A stretch of DNA of 64,000 nucleotides from Octopus sinensis (lineage: Eukaryota), in NCBI RefSeq assembly GCF_006345805.1, contig NC_042999.1, positions 151,404,001 to 151,468,000 on the forward strand, in the 5' to 3' direction. Below are positions 38,703 to 51,671 of this stretch, piece after piece (the first letter of the stretch is position 1; every line of letters starts with the position of its first letter). The position numbers and the translations under genes were made by a program. The notes beneath the pieces were generated by a model. That model was not told where the DNA came from, searched no databases, and was given only the letters and a program-made list of their open reading frames with translations.

Positions 38703-39994
38703 GTAGTGTAAAAGTTTTTTTTTACATCAGTGGTCAAGTAGTTTGCTTTCCAACTACTGTGATACCAGTGCCGGTGGCACGTAAAAGAACCATCCAAACG
38801 TGGCCATTGCCAGCGCCACCTCAACTGGCCTCCATGCTGGTGGCACGTAAAAACCACCAACCGATCGTGGCCGTTGCCAGCCTCGCCTGGCACGTAAAAA
38901 GCACCCACTACACTCACGGAGTGGTTGGTGTTAGGAAGGGCATCCAGCTGTAGAAACACAGCCAGATCTGACTGGGCCTGGTGCAGCCTCCTAGCTTCCC
39001 AGACCCAGGTCAAACTGTCCAACCCATGCTAGCATGGAAAGCGGACGTTAAACGATGATGATGATGATGATGGTTTTGGGTTCATTCTTGCTGTGTTGCG
39101 CCTTGAGCAAATATTTTCTATTATAACCTTGGGTTGAGCAAAACCTTGCAGGTGACCAAAGCCCCACAAAAGCCCATCAATATAGGTATATCTCTACATG
39201 TGTGGGTGGGTGTGTTTGATTCTCCTTGAATTGACAGCACGTGACCGTTGTAAATCAGCTTCACCATCATAGAAAATGGTTTTGTTAATTTTCTATCTTC
39301 TGTGTAAACATGTCTAGCTATGGAGAAATATTTCCTTTCTTTGGGAACATATGAGGGTTGGCAACAGGAATGGCACCTGGCTGTGGAAAATCTGGCCTCA
39401 GTGAATTGTGTGTGATCCAATCATCATCATGGTTTAACCTCCGTTTTCCATGCTGGGATAGGTTGGATGGTTTGTCTGGGGACTGGCAAGCCAGAAGGCT
39501 GCACCAGGCTCCAATTTCATCTGGCAATGCTCCCACAACTGGATGCCCTTCATAACGCCAACCACTCCGAGAGTATAGTGGGTGCTTTTTACATGCCACC
39601 GGCACAAGAGCCAGTCAGACGGGCCTGGCATCAATCGCCAGTTCGGATAGTACTTTTTACGTACCACTGGCACAGGAGTCAGTCAAGGGGAACAGGCATC
39701 GGCCACATTCAGATGGTGCTTTTTATGTGCTGATGATGATGACAGTGATGCCAGTTTTTTTTGGAAGTGAAGGATATATACATTTGACAGGTATTTGTTT
39801 TCATCTTGTTAACACAATGTTTCAGCTGATATACCCTCCAACCTTTATCAGGTGTCTTGGGGAAATTTCGAACCTGGGTTCTCATTCCTAAGGTATTTTT
39901 CGACGACAACGTTCAGGTCACTGCTTGGAATTGAACTTGGAATCTTCGGGTTAGTAGCCCATACTCTTAACCACTACGCCATATGCCCGTGGGT

Positions 39995-40250
39995 ACAGTG
40001 ATTAAGAGTGTGGGCTACTAACCCCAAGATTCCGAGTTCAATTCCAAGCAGTGACCTGTATAATAATAATAACAACAACATCAAAAAATACCTTAGGAAT
40101 GAGAACCCGGGTTCGAAATTTCCCCAAGACACCTGATGAAGGCTGAAGGGTATATCAGCCGAAACGTATCAACAACAAACAAGATGAGGACAAATATCTG
40201 TCAAATGTAAATAATGTACATAATTCCTCATCTCTTAAACATAGAACTGT
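39995..40250 (+). mobile_element. tRNA-headed SINE carrying a hammerhead motif; inverted partner at 39775-39990 (-); third copy at 4243-4325 plus 4861-5075
   Basis: A-box-like (TGGCGTAGTGG in the partner) and B-box GTTCAATTCC; (AAT)n; shared body TACCTTAGGAATGAGAACCC..CCTGATGAAGGCTG..CAGCCGAAAC..GATGAGGACAAAT. Confidence 0.75.
40128..40168 (+). ncRNA. Hammerhead core inside a tRNA-headed SINE
   Basis: GACAC-CUGAUGA-A-GGCUGA(aggguaua)UCAGCC-GAAACGUA; the 3' strand of stem I is missing here but present (GUGUU) in the copy at 39811-39856 (-). Confidence 0.6.
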
Positions 40251-41514
40251 ATTGTGAAGGATGCAGTTGAATCGAGTCTTACATTGGCTTTTATGTTACT
40301 GGGACCTGTTTTACTAATTCTAAATTCACAGTATTGGCAGCATAGTAAGAAACAGTTTTTCTTTTATTAGTTCTTAGCTTCTTTACTGACATGGCCACTA
40401 ATATGCTGGCTTGCTTGCTCTGTGCACTTGTTTGATGAGGCCGGGGTTGTCCCAGGTTAGTAGTTCCAGAGAGGTCATCATATGTAGAGCTGCTAATATC
40501 CTCAATTAAATATCACTGTTCTGTCTTTGAACAAGTGGTTTAAATAAACATCACCATCATCATCGTTTAGCACCCACTTTCCATGCTGGCATGGGTTGGA
40601 CGGTTTGACTGAGTACTGGCAAGCCAGGAGGTTGCACCAGGCACCAATCTGATTTAGCAAGGTTTCTACAGCTGGATACCCTTCCTAACACCAACCACTC
40701 CAAGAGTGTAGTGGATACTTTTTACTTGCCACCGGCATGGGGCCAGTCAGGTTTCCCTTATATTTTTAGTCACTTTCATTGTACATTAATTTAATCCATG
40801 TATTTTTCTTCATTCGACTTGACCCATATTACCCTTTAAGGTTTTATCACCTTTTATTCATATAAAATTGAATATTTTATACTATTGGGTTTTACCATTG
40901 GTTGCCCTGGTGTTTTGATATGTATTTATATTTGATTTATGATTATATAGGAATGTTATAAAGTTGTTTTGACCAATTAGAGTATTTATTCATTATACCT
41001 TTCAGTTTATTTCTCTTATATATATCATCGTCATTATAATCGTTTAACATCCATTTTCCAAACTGGCATGAGTTGCATGGTTTGACTGGAGACTGGCAAG
41101 CCAAGAGGCCGCACCAGGCCCCAATCTGATCTGGCAGTGTTCCTGCAGCTGGATGCCCTTCCTAATGCCAACCACTCCAAGAGTGTAGCGGGTGCTTTTT
41201 ACGTGCCACCGGCACGGGAACCAGTCAGGTGGCACTGGCATCAGCCATGTTCAGATGGTGCTTTTTATGTGCCACCAGCACAGGAGCTAGTCGGGTGGCT
41301 CTGGCAGCGACCTACACATGAAAAAAAGATGTTTATCGCGTGCCACTTGCACTGGTAATGGCCATAACTACAATTTCCATTTGATTGTGACTTAATTTGA
41401 TTTTGATATATCTATTATTGTTTACAGATATTTAGACTGGTCATTTAATTTTCTGATTTTGTTGGATCCATTCTGTCTCTGTTATTATAAAATATATACT
41501 TTGTTTTATTCCAG

Positions 41515-41599
41515 CTTTCATTGGGACCCAGTCTAACAGCCAATGTTATTGCTGCAGCTGTTCAACAGGGCCAAAACCTCAACAGCGATGCAGAACCTG
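41515..41599 (+). CDS. ELP1: ELP1 exon w18
   Basis: ttccag|..|gtaact; LSLGPSLTANVIAAAVQQGQNLNSDAEP (human VLGPNSTANSIMAS); phase 0/1. Confidence 0.92.
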
Positions 41600-44500
41600 G
41601 TAACTAATTTATTATATCATCAAGCATGCATGTGTGTGTGTAATTATACATCATCATTTTATGTCTGCTGTCGAAGCTTGCATGAGTAGAACATGTTAGT
41701 TCGTATTTATACTTACTGACCTTTCAAGGTGTGTCAGTGGACCATATCATCATCATCATTTAACATCTGCTTTCCATGTTGGCATGGGTTAGATGGGTTG
41801 ACTGGAACTGGTAAGCCAGAGAGCTGCACCAGGTTCCAGTCTGATTTGGCATGGTTTCTGTGGCTGGATACCCTTCCTAATGCCAACCACTCCATGTGTG
41901 TAATGAGTGCTTTTTACATTCTACCACCGGCACAGCTGCTTTTATGTGCCACTGGCATGGGTGCCCATTAAGTGACACTAGCATCACCCATGACTGCAAT
42001 TCAAACCGTTCAACCCATATCAGCATAGAAACCATGACTGCAATTCAAATCGCTCAATAAACACAACGCTCAGTCTGGCAATCGAAACCATGAGTCCGTT
42101 GCCCTAACCACTGGGCCATTGAGCCTCCACAGTGGAACATATATCAGTTGTATATTATATAAGACTAGCAGTATCACCCGGCGTTGCTCGGGTTTGTAAG
42201 GGAAATAACTATATAAGCATTTTTAGAGAGTTACTTCCCTTATATAACCCAAGCAAAAATCATTAAAAATGCAGAAAAATGGTGGTAATTTTTTTTTTTA
42301 ATTCTAGACTCATCGTAGATGCGCGCTAATACCCAGAAGGGCTTGATATGAATGACGACTATAAGATACCCGCTTTTGGTTAAACTGCACTGCAAAATGT
42401 GGGAGTAGTTAGGAATCTAAATCGGAGGAGACAGAGTCTCACACACACAACTTCAATTTTATATATAAAAATTTGTCTGTATTTTCATTAAAAATGCGAG
42501 TGAATTTCATCTAACATTCCCTTTTCCATGTTTGCATGGGTAAGATAGAATTTGTTCAGTCAGATTTTCAATGGCCAGATGTCCTTTGTGTTGCCACTAA
42601 TCATCTGTTTCCAAGCAAGCTAATATTTCCTCATGGCCAGACATTTCTCACAGAAAGCCAGAACAGATAATGAGGATGCTCATTTGTAATCATCGCATGA
42701 TGTCAGGACAAGGTACCCATGAACACACTCACATGACAGGTTTTCCAGATTTTTCCTATTAAATCCATTCTCCTCTCACAGCTTTTGGTCAGGTCAGTGC
42801 TATAGTAGAAGACACTTACCCAAGGTGCCATGCAGCAGGATTGAACCATGCTTTCTCATGAGTTGTTGATTTGGTTGTAGTTACCTCATTTTAATACTAA
42901 TTTTTGACTGAAATGTACTGGGGGTGCAGTGGGAAGCCCAAGAACACAGCTTGTCTCCCAGACCAGAAATCAAACCTGTGACTTTGTGCTGAAGATCCAA
43001 GTGCTTCCCACTGGGCCACACATCCTTTCACATGGAAATGCATAGTTCATATAAAGTCATATTTGATATATTCATGTGTATTCAGACATGATAAAACCAT
43101 TCACTGCAGAGGTAGTCCTGGGTGAGAGAACATTCTTCCCCTGGGACTAATTTCAACAATGAAAGGTCCTGCCATATCTAAATGCATTCAAACATGTTAA
43201 ATATGGCTTTAGACAGATATTTTTCATTCAACACTGCTTCAGCTTCACCAAATTTTACTCACATCAGGAAGCATTTTGTAAGCTCTTTTAATAATAAATT
43301 TCATTTGCATTCAGACTGTAAATGGGAGTTTTTGTAGTTAATGAAGTGGAGCAGTGTAGCAATGCATGTGGTTTGTGACCCTATGACATCATTCACAGCC
43401 TTGAAAACAAACATCTTCACACATCAAGATGGAAAAATTTTCTCCCAGAACTATCTCTACAGCAAAAGGTCTTATCAGGTCGAAATAATTTCAAACATAT
43501 TAAATGTGACTTCACACGAAATTTGTTTCATTTAACGCTGCTTTGTGCAACATTATAGTTGTTTGAGAAATCCACTTCCAACAATATCTCTGTGGCATTG
43601 AAAAATCAGTACAGGGAAGAAAAATACATTGTGATATTTCCTATTCTATTTAATTAATATATCAATACGTATAATATTCACTTTTCTCTCTATAAAAGGG
43701 TTTGCATTAGAAATGGTACCCAGCCATAGAAACCATCCCAAAGCCTACACTAGAACCCAACACAGTTCTCTGACTCAAGTGTTATCAAACTATTCAATCT
43801 ATGCCAGCATAGAAGAGGATTGCTAATTGATAATGATCTTATGCCCAATGTATTTCAGTTACGTTCCTGTTCCCTTTTTTAGTTGAATGACTCAACCCCA
43901 GTACATTTTTTTTTGTAAGCCTGGTACTTATGCTATCAGCCTTTTTTTTTTTTTGCTGAACCACTAAGTTACAGGGGACATAATCAAAACAACACCGGTT
44001 GTCAAGCAGTGATGGAGGACAAACGCACGCACACATTATGGGCTTCTTTCAGTTTCTGTCTATCAAATCTATTCACGAGATTGTAGTAGGTGACACTTGC
44101 CTACGGTTCCACACAGTGGGACTGAACCCAGAACCATTTGGTTAGGAAGGTTTTTTTGTTGTTATTAATTGATTACTCTTGGTTATTTTCCCCCTCCAGT
44201 TTAGACGAAATACACTGGGATTTGAACTCTAGAACTAGGTATTCAGAACTTAACTATACCTTCAAAAGCCCCAAATGGGTCCAGGGTAACTAGGGACTAT
44301 TTGGCTTGTATTTCAGTTGTGTTCCTATTCCCTCTGCTGGACTTTACTTTCTGCCTTTTTTATGATCATTTAACATCTGTTTTCAATGTTGGCAAGGGTT
44401 GGATGGCTTGACAGGAGCTGGCCAGGCAGGAGCTGCACCAGGTTCCATGCATAATCTGTTTTTGGCTTAGTTTCTACAGCTGAATGTCCTTCTTAAAGAT

Positions 44501-44864
44501 AAGTAAAATAGTCACCTGACAAAGGATTAGAATCAATAAAATCAACCCTTTGAAACTAGTCAATAACCAATTAATATAATCAAAATTCTTTAGGTGGCAA
44601 GCTGGCAGAATCGTTAATGTACCAGACAAAATACTTAGCAGCATTTCTTATTTTACATTCTGAGATCAAATTCCACCAAGGTCGACTTTGCCTTTCATCT
44701 TTTCAGGGTTGATAAAATAATAACCAGTTGAGCACTGGGATCAATGTAATCAACTTTCCCCATCCCATGAAATTGCTGGACTTGTATCAAAATTTAAAAC
44801 TAATGTAATCAAAATTGTTGAAACCATTGAAAGACTAAAAATAATGTTTCTTTTTTGTTTGCAG

Positions 44865-44950
44865 ATCCCTCTCAAATGGTACCGAGTAGTCTCAACAGCA
44901 GTCTTAAATGGAAATTGCATGTAATTAGTAATAATCAGAAGAAACAATAA
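44865..44950 (+). CDS. ELP1: ELP1 last coding exon w19 with stop
   Basis: ttgcag|; PSQMVPSSLNSSLKWKLHVISNNQKKQ* (C-terminal WKL motif); TAA at 44948-44950. Confidence 0.9.
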
Positions 44951-44968
44951 TTTCACCATGAGTAATTG

Positions 44969-44974
44969 AATAAA
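44969..44974 (+). terminator. Candidate polyadenylation signal of ELP1
   Basis: AATAAA 19 nt after the stop, followed by T/TA-rich sequence. Confidence 0.55.
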
Positions 44975-45779
44975 CTTATCTGTCTATATATATATATATA
45001 TATATTAATAGCTGTTTGTGTTTTATTTGTAAGGCACCATTCGAGCGTGATCGTTACCAGTGTTGCACTACTGGCACTCGAGCCCTGTGCTAGTAGGGTA
45101 TTAAGAGCACCATCTGAGCGTGATCATTGCCAGAGCGGCTATCTGGCCTCCGTGCCGGTGGCACAAAAAAAACACCATTCAAGCGGGATCGTTACCAGCA
45201 TTGCCTTACTGGCACCCGCGCCAGTGGCATGTGTAAAAGATTCGAACGAGGTCATTGCCAGTACCACCTGACTGGCCCCATGCCAGTAAAAGCACCCACT
45301 ACACTCTCAGAGTGGTTGGCATTAGGAAGGGCATCCAGCTGTAGAAACTCTGCCAGATCAAGATTGAAGCTTGGTGCAGCCATCTAGTTCGCCAGCCCTC
45401 AGTCATACGTCCAACCCATGCTAGAATGGAAAGTGGACGTTAAACGATGATGATGATGTTTATTAAGCCATCAGCTTACATCTGCCATGAGTCTTATGCC
45501 TCATAAGGGCAGGGCTTGTCTCAGTTCCCATGGGTTGGAAGGCTTGACAGGAGCTGACAAGGCTAGGGGCTGCACCAGATTCTATAGTCTGTTTTGGCTT
45601 GGGTTGTACTGCAGGATGCCCCTTCTAATGCCAACCACTTTACAGAGCGTACTGGGTGCTTTTTGCGTGGCACCAGCACCAATGATTTTTTGGTAGCATC
45701 ATCACCACTGCTTTTTATGTGACACCAATGTATATTTCTCTTTTTTGTACTTTTAATGCACGATGGCAGCTCCTACATT

Positions 45780-45975
45780 GGATTTTGGTAAAATTGAAGA
45801 ATGGGCAGTCGTGAAGTTCTTTTTCCAAGGCAAAGGAGTAGCAAGATGAAGGAAGTTTTGAAAGATGGCTGCCCATCTAACTTCACAGTGAAAATTTGGG
45901 TGTCAAGGTTTCAGACTGGTCATTTCAAGGTCACAGATGAACTATGGTCAGGATGGCCAATTTCCGTAACTACAG
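45780..45975 (+). mobile_element. mariner transposase N-terminal HTH remnant
   Basis: KIEEWAVVKFF and CPSNFTVKIWVSRFQTGHFKVTDELWSGWP, compared with the recalled mariner motif PS..TV..W...FK.G...L.DE.RSGRP. Confidence 0.6.
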
Positions 45976-45999
45976 CTGCAGGAGAAATACATAGCTAAA

Positions 46000-46895
46000 G
46001 ATAGACCATTGTATTTGTCTTTTGTTGACCTGGAGAAAGCCTTTGATAGGGTCCCCCCAATCTCTTATCTGGTGGTCAGTGTGGAAACTAGGGATAGATG
46101 AGTGGTTGGTGAGGACTGTACAAGCTATGTACAGGGATGCTGTCAGTAAGGTGAGGGTCAGCAACGAATAAAGCAAAGAATTCAGGGTACAAGTAGGGGT
46201 TCACCAAGAATCAGTTCACAGTCCCCTCTTGTTCTTCATAGTCCTCCAGGCAATAACAGAGGAATTTAAGACAGGCTGCCCCTGAGAGTTCCTATATGCC
46301 AATGACCTTGTTCTTATAGCTGAATCACTACCAGAAGTTTCATGTGTGGAAACAAGGTCTAGAATTGAAGGGCCTTAGAGTTAACCTAGCAAAAACCAAA
46401 GTCTTAGTAAGTAGGAAGGCAGACAAATCACAAATCCCTTCAGGTAGATGGCCCTGCTCGATCTGTAGAAAAGGTGTAGGTAGAAACTCAAAATGTACCT
46501 GGTGTAAGCTATGGACACATAAGAGGTGCAGCAGTATCAGAAGACGGTTAACAGTGAAAATAGCTTTTTGTGTGGAAGATGGACAGGTACAATAAACACC
46601 AAAAATGTACAGAAAATAGACTTCATTAACTGCCAGGTGGGTAAGCTAAATGTAGTAGATAGCTTCTGCTATCTAGATGACCAAGTTAGTAGCTTAGCTG
46701 TGAGAATAAAAATAGGTGAAAAAAGTTCAGAGAGCTTCTACCTCTGCTGACAACAAAGGGCCTCTCCCTCAGAGTGAAAGGCAGGTTGTATGATGCTTGT
46801 GAACAGTTACGCTACACGGCAATGAAACATGGGCTGTGACAGCCGCAGACATGCGTAGGCTTGAAAGAAAGGAAACCACTGGTTCGCTGGATGTG
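46000..46895 (+). mobile_element. Decayed RTE LINE RT fragment, related subfamily
   Basis: FVDLEKAFDRVP, GVHQ, WKQGLELKGLRVNLAKTKVLVS, WPCSICRKGVG; multiple stops and frameshifts. Confidence 0.9.
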
Positions 46896-48145
46896 CATTA
46901 ACATTCGGGAGAAAATTAAATATTTAAAAGCTACAAGTAAACCAACAGGATTTGCTAATAACAAAAATATACACGAGCAAAGTAAACAGTGAAAAACATT
47001 AAAACATTCGCGATCAAATTAAAGATTTAAAAACTACGAACTAACCAACAGGATTTGCTAGTAATAACAGTCAAAACATTAAAATATACACAAGCAAAGT
47101 AAATTGAAAAACATTAAAGCATTTGCTAGCAAATTAAATATTTAAAAGCTACGAGCAAACCAATAGGCTTTGCTAGTCAAAACATTGCTTAAAACTGACA
47201 TTTATTAGTTTAAAAATTCAAAAACGAAAGTTTGCAATACACTCTAGGATTTTATAAATCTTATAAAAGATGTTTTATAAACACATTCCACCAGTATACG
47301 AAGTTTAAGTGTTTAGTTACGTGGAAATTATTTTTAAAAACTGCCGTTCAAACCTAAAAGATCCATTCATTTTCCCTATAAATTAACAATTAAAAAGTTA
47401 TTAGTTTTTAAAATTTCCTTTTAATGTGGGTATTTTAGCCAATCAGAAGCGAGTATTTTACACATCACTATGAAGTTCTGTTAGCATAGTAAGCAAAGTA
47501 CTCCAAAGCTGTTTGCGAAGAACTGTTTCCATAGTAACCAAAGATGCTGCGCATGCTCATCATCATCATCATCATCATCGTTTAACGTCCGCTTTCCATG
47601 CTAGCATGGGTTGGACGGTTCAACTGGGGTCTGGGGAGCCCGAAGGCTGCACCAGGCCAGTCAGATCTGGCAGTGTTTCTACAGCTGGCGTGTAACCACC
47701 AAATTGATTGTAATCAACAAATTGAGATTAACTGGGAATCTTTAAGGCGTGGAAACAAACACCGGAGTTGATTGATCCCCTGTGTTCCTGTTCGGCGTGT
47801 TGGTACAGAATCGATGAGCTCATCGATTCTGTACCAACACACCGAACAGGATGCGGTCACATGAGTGTGACAAAAGAACTCTGGCCGAAATAAGATTAAG
47901 ATGAATGTAAAAAATAAATAACACTAAAGCAAAATAACACCAAATATATAGTGCGTGTGCTTTTATTGGCTAAACTGGCAAAATGGCCATTCCGAAATAT
48001 AACAATATATACATACACACACACACATATATATATATATACATATACACACATACGTACATACATACATATACATATATATATATACAGTACATATATA
48101 CATACACATATATATACATATGCATATTCTCTCCTTGTTTTTTGT

Positions 48146-48187
48146 GTCCCTTTCTGTAGAAGAGCGTAGGCTCGAAACGTTAAAGAC
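48146..48187 (+). ncRNA. Hammerhead-like motif, family B (A6U core variant)
   Basis: CUUU-CUGUAGA-A-GAGC(guag)GCUC-GAAACGUU/AAAG; second copy at 52125-52166 on the - strand. Confidence 0.55.
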
Positions 48188-48521
48188 TTTTTCTATTCCT
48201 GAGCGTTATACTAATACATCTGTTTGTTTTGTACACCACCTGTCTTCGTCTTTTGTTTTTTCCATGAACTCTCCCTACATACATGTACATATATACATAC
48301 ATATATACATGTACATATATACATACATATATATATATATATATAGATATAGATATATATATGGGTGTGTGTGATTGTGTATAGAAGAATATATTAATAA
48401 AAGGAATTCCAACCTTGTCTGATTTTCACATTTTATTTACAATCTTATAATGATATATTATAAGATAATATAATAGAATAGAATAAAATAAAATAGTAGA
48501 ATGTTAAATGTTCATTCTGAT

Positions 48522-48566
48522 TGAACTAGTACTTTCATGCATTAAATTCTGCAATCTTCAGGTTCA
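48522..48566 (-). ncRNA. Minimal hammerhead ribozyme, family A, copy 1
   Basis: Reverse complement of the 49098-49142 motif, same sequence. Confidence 0.75.
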
Positions 48567-49097
48567 TATAGTAGTGGTGACAGTCATGCTTCACAATTTT
48601 TGACTGTAACGAGATGATTGAATCTGTGCCTTAAATACAGCTGGGTAGGCTCCAGATTGCTAGGTTTTGCAAACTGTATTCTGACCAATCTGTGTAGTAT
48701 CACTCAATTACTTAAGCTGATTGGTTTAGGCGTCACGCTTTGTTGAACATGTCAAGAGTCCTGTATCTTAACCCTGGGCGTGGCAGCAATTGTTGGGCTA
48801 TTTTTAGAAATGTTGTAAATAGCCTTTGTCAGAGATTTTTATATTTCAATTGTCATCATCATCATTGTCAGCACCTTAATTATTGTTGCTTGTGGTGATG
48901 GTGGTGGCAATAGAACTTTTAACCCTAAATAAGATAATTTTCCTGCTATCTAGGTATTATTATTATTGCTTATTTAGCTTGGGTTCGAATTTATCAAAAC
49001 CTAGCAATCTGGAGCCTACCCAGCTGTATTTAAGGCACAGATTCAATCATCTCACTACAGTCAAAAATTGTGAAGCATGACTGTCACCACTACTATA

Positions 49098-49142
49098 TGA
49101 ACCTGAAGATTGCAGAATTTAATGCATGAAAGTACTAGTTCA
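49098..49142 (+). ncRNA. Minimal type I hammerhead ribozyme, family A, copy 2
   Basis: UGAAC-CUGAAGA-U-UGCA(gaauuuaa)UGCA-U-GAAAGUACUA/GUUCA; palindromic stem III AGUACU; triplet CUA. Confidence 0.75.
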
Positions 49143-49526
49143 ATCAGAATGAACATTTAACATTCTACTATTTTATTTTATTCTATTATATTATATTATC
49201 TTATAATATATCATTATAAGATTGTAAATAAAACGTGAAAATCAGACAAGGTTGGAATTCCTTTTATTAATATATTCTTCTATACACAACAATTGCTGCC
49301 TCGCCCAGGGTTAAGATACAGGACTCTTGACATGTTCAACAAAGTGTGACGCCTAAACCAATCAGCTTAAGTAATTGAGTGATACTACACACTGATTGGT
49401 CAGAATACAGAGTCTTACAAAATTTATTTATATATATATAATATATATATATATACATATAAATAAATTTTGTAAGACTCTGTATTCTGACCAATCAGTG
49501 TGTAGTATCACACTGTGATGTGTGTG

Positions 49527-49830
49527 TGTGTGTGTGGAGGCGCAATGGCCTAGTGGTTAGGGCAGTGGACTCGCGGTCGCAGGATCGCGGTTTCGATTCC
49601 CAGACCGGGCGTTGTGAGTGGTTATTGAGCGAAAACACCTAAAAGCTCCTCGAGGCTCTGGCAGGGGGTGGTGATCCCTGCTGTACTCTTTCACCACTCT
49701 TTCTTCTGTTGGCCTGCTCGCTTAGCCAGTGGGGTGGCGTCATTCCAAGGCTAAAACAATGCGAACGCATTGTGACCAGCGATGTGTAACAACATCTGAT
49801 GGTCTGGTTGGTCACGTGATCACGTGATAT
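49527..49830 (+). mobile_element. tRNA-derived SINE family C (second copy at 35665-35945)
   Basis: TGGCCTAGTGG A-box, GTTTCGATTCC B-box, shared body, ends GTCACGTGAT followed by (AT)n. Confidence 0.8.
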
Positions 49831-50469
49831 ATATATATATATATATATTCGGAGTTTTCTTTCTTCAGTCAAGTTCCAGATTATCTTTGCAATTTCAGCT
49901 GGTTATGCTCGAGATTGCTCCAATCTGGCCAGCGTCTGGATGTTTTGTGTAATTGTCCCATTTTTGTATTATATATATATATACTCTTTTACTTGTTTCA
50001 GTCATTTGACTGTGGCCATGCTGGAGCACCACCTTTAGTCGAGCAAATCAACTTATTCTTTGTAAGCCTAGTATTTATTCTGTTGGTCTCTTTTGCCGAA
50101 CCGCTAAGTTACGGGGATGTAAACACACCAGCATGGTTGTCAAGCGATACTGGGGGAACAAATACAAACATATACACACACACATATATATATATATACG
50201 ATGGGCTTCTTTCACTTTCCGTCTACCGAATCTACTCACAAGGCTTTGGTGAGCCCGAGGCTATAGTAAAAGACATTTGCCCAAGGTGCCACACAGTGGG
50301 ACTGAACCCGGAACCATGTTGTTGGTAAGCAAGCTACATACCACACAGCCACTCATATATATATATACAACAATAGAAATTTTCTCGTTTGCCCTTATTT
50401 ATAAGTTGTTTATAATTTTAACCTTGAAAGGTATTTTTTAATATGCTGGTCATTGATAAAATTTTTGTT

Positions 50470-50526
50470 TTTTAATTTTATCCTACATAAATATATATAT
50501 ACATGTATATATATATGTATGTATAC

Positions 50527-50563
<37 letters not shown>

Positions 50564-50690
50564 CACACATGTAAATATATATGTATATATATATATATAA
50601 TATATATATATATACATATAATATATATTACATATATATATATATACATACATATATATATACATGTATATATATATATATATACATTTT
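50470..50690. repeat. Long (TA)n/(TATG)n microsatellite tract; similar tracts at 54860, 55440 and 60110-60375
   Basis: Visible low-complexity dinucleotide runs. Confidence 0.95.
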
Positions 50691-51626
50691 GGGTGTGGAG
50701 GCTAGTCGATTACATATATTTAATGCAATACAGCTGCTGTCAGGGAAGGCTATAATGATAATTTTGGGCTAAAACATCCGATGGCATAAAAGTCATATGC
50801 GTGTGTGAATGCAAGCTGAGATTTTATGACAATGGATTTTTAAATATTCAATACTGTATCAAATATTATTCCGTTATTCCCTGACAACAGCTGCACACAC
50901 ACACACGATTACGTAATTATATATATATATATGTATGTGGCCGATGCCAGCACCGCCCCGACTGGCTTCTGTGCAGGTGGCACATAAAAAGCACCAACTG
51001 ACCGTGGCCGATGCCAGACCCCTCTGGCACCTGTGCAGGTGGCACGTAAAAAGCACCCACTACACTCGCGGAGTGGTTGGCGTTAGGAAGGGCATCCAGC
51101 TGTAGAAACACTGCCAGACCAGACTGGAGCCTGGGGCAGCCCCTGGCTCCCCAGACCCTGGTCGAAACCGTCCAACCCGTGCTAGCGCGGAAAACGGACG
51201 TTAAGCGATGATGATGATGATGATGATGATATATATATATATATATGTATGTATATATATATGTATGTATATATATATATATGTATGTATATATATATAT
51301 GTTTGTATATGACTATTGAAATATAAAAATATAAAATTCTCTGACAAAGGCTATTTACAACATTTCTAAAAATAGCCCAACAATTGCTGCCTCACCCAGG
51401 GTTAAGGTACAGGACTCTTAACATGTTCAACAAAGCGTGACGCCTAAAACCAATCAGCTCAACCAACCAATCAGCTTAAGTAATTGAGTGATACTACACA
51501 CTGATTGATCAGAATACAGTTTGCAAAACCTAGCAATCTGGAGCCTACCCAGCTGTATTTAAGGCACAGATTCAATCATCTTGTTACAGTCAAAAATTGT
51601 GAAGCATGACTGCCACCACTACTACA

Positions 51627-51671
51627 TGAACCTGAAGATTGCAGAATTTAATGCATGAAAGTACTAGTTCA
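51627..51671 (+). ncRNA. Minimal hammerhead ribozyme, family A, copy 3
   Basis: Same sequence as 49098-49142. Confidence 0.75.

Noticed and set aside
43320-43620. Possible transposase relic on the - strand (EILLEVDFSNNY)
   Set aside because: A single short motif with stops nearby; too little support.
50410-50772. Y/I/H/T-rich ORFs in the ORF track (also at 47951, 51781, 54780, 55363 and 60078)
   Set aside because: These are translations of (TA)n/(CA)n microsatellites.
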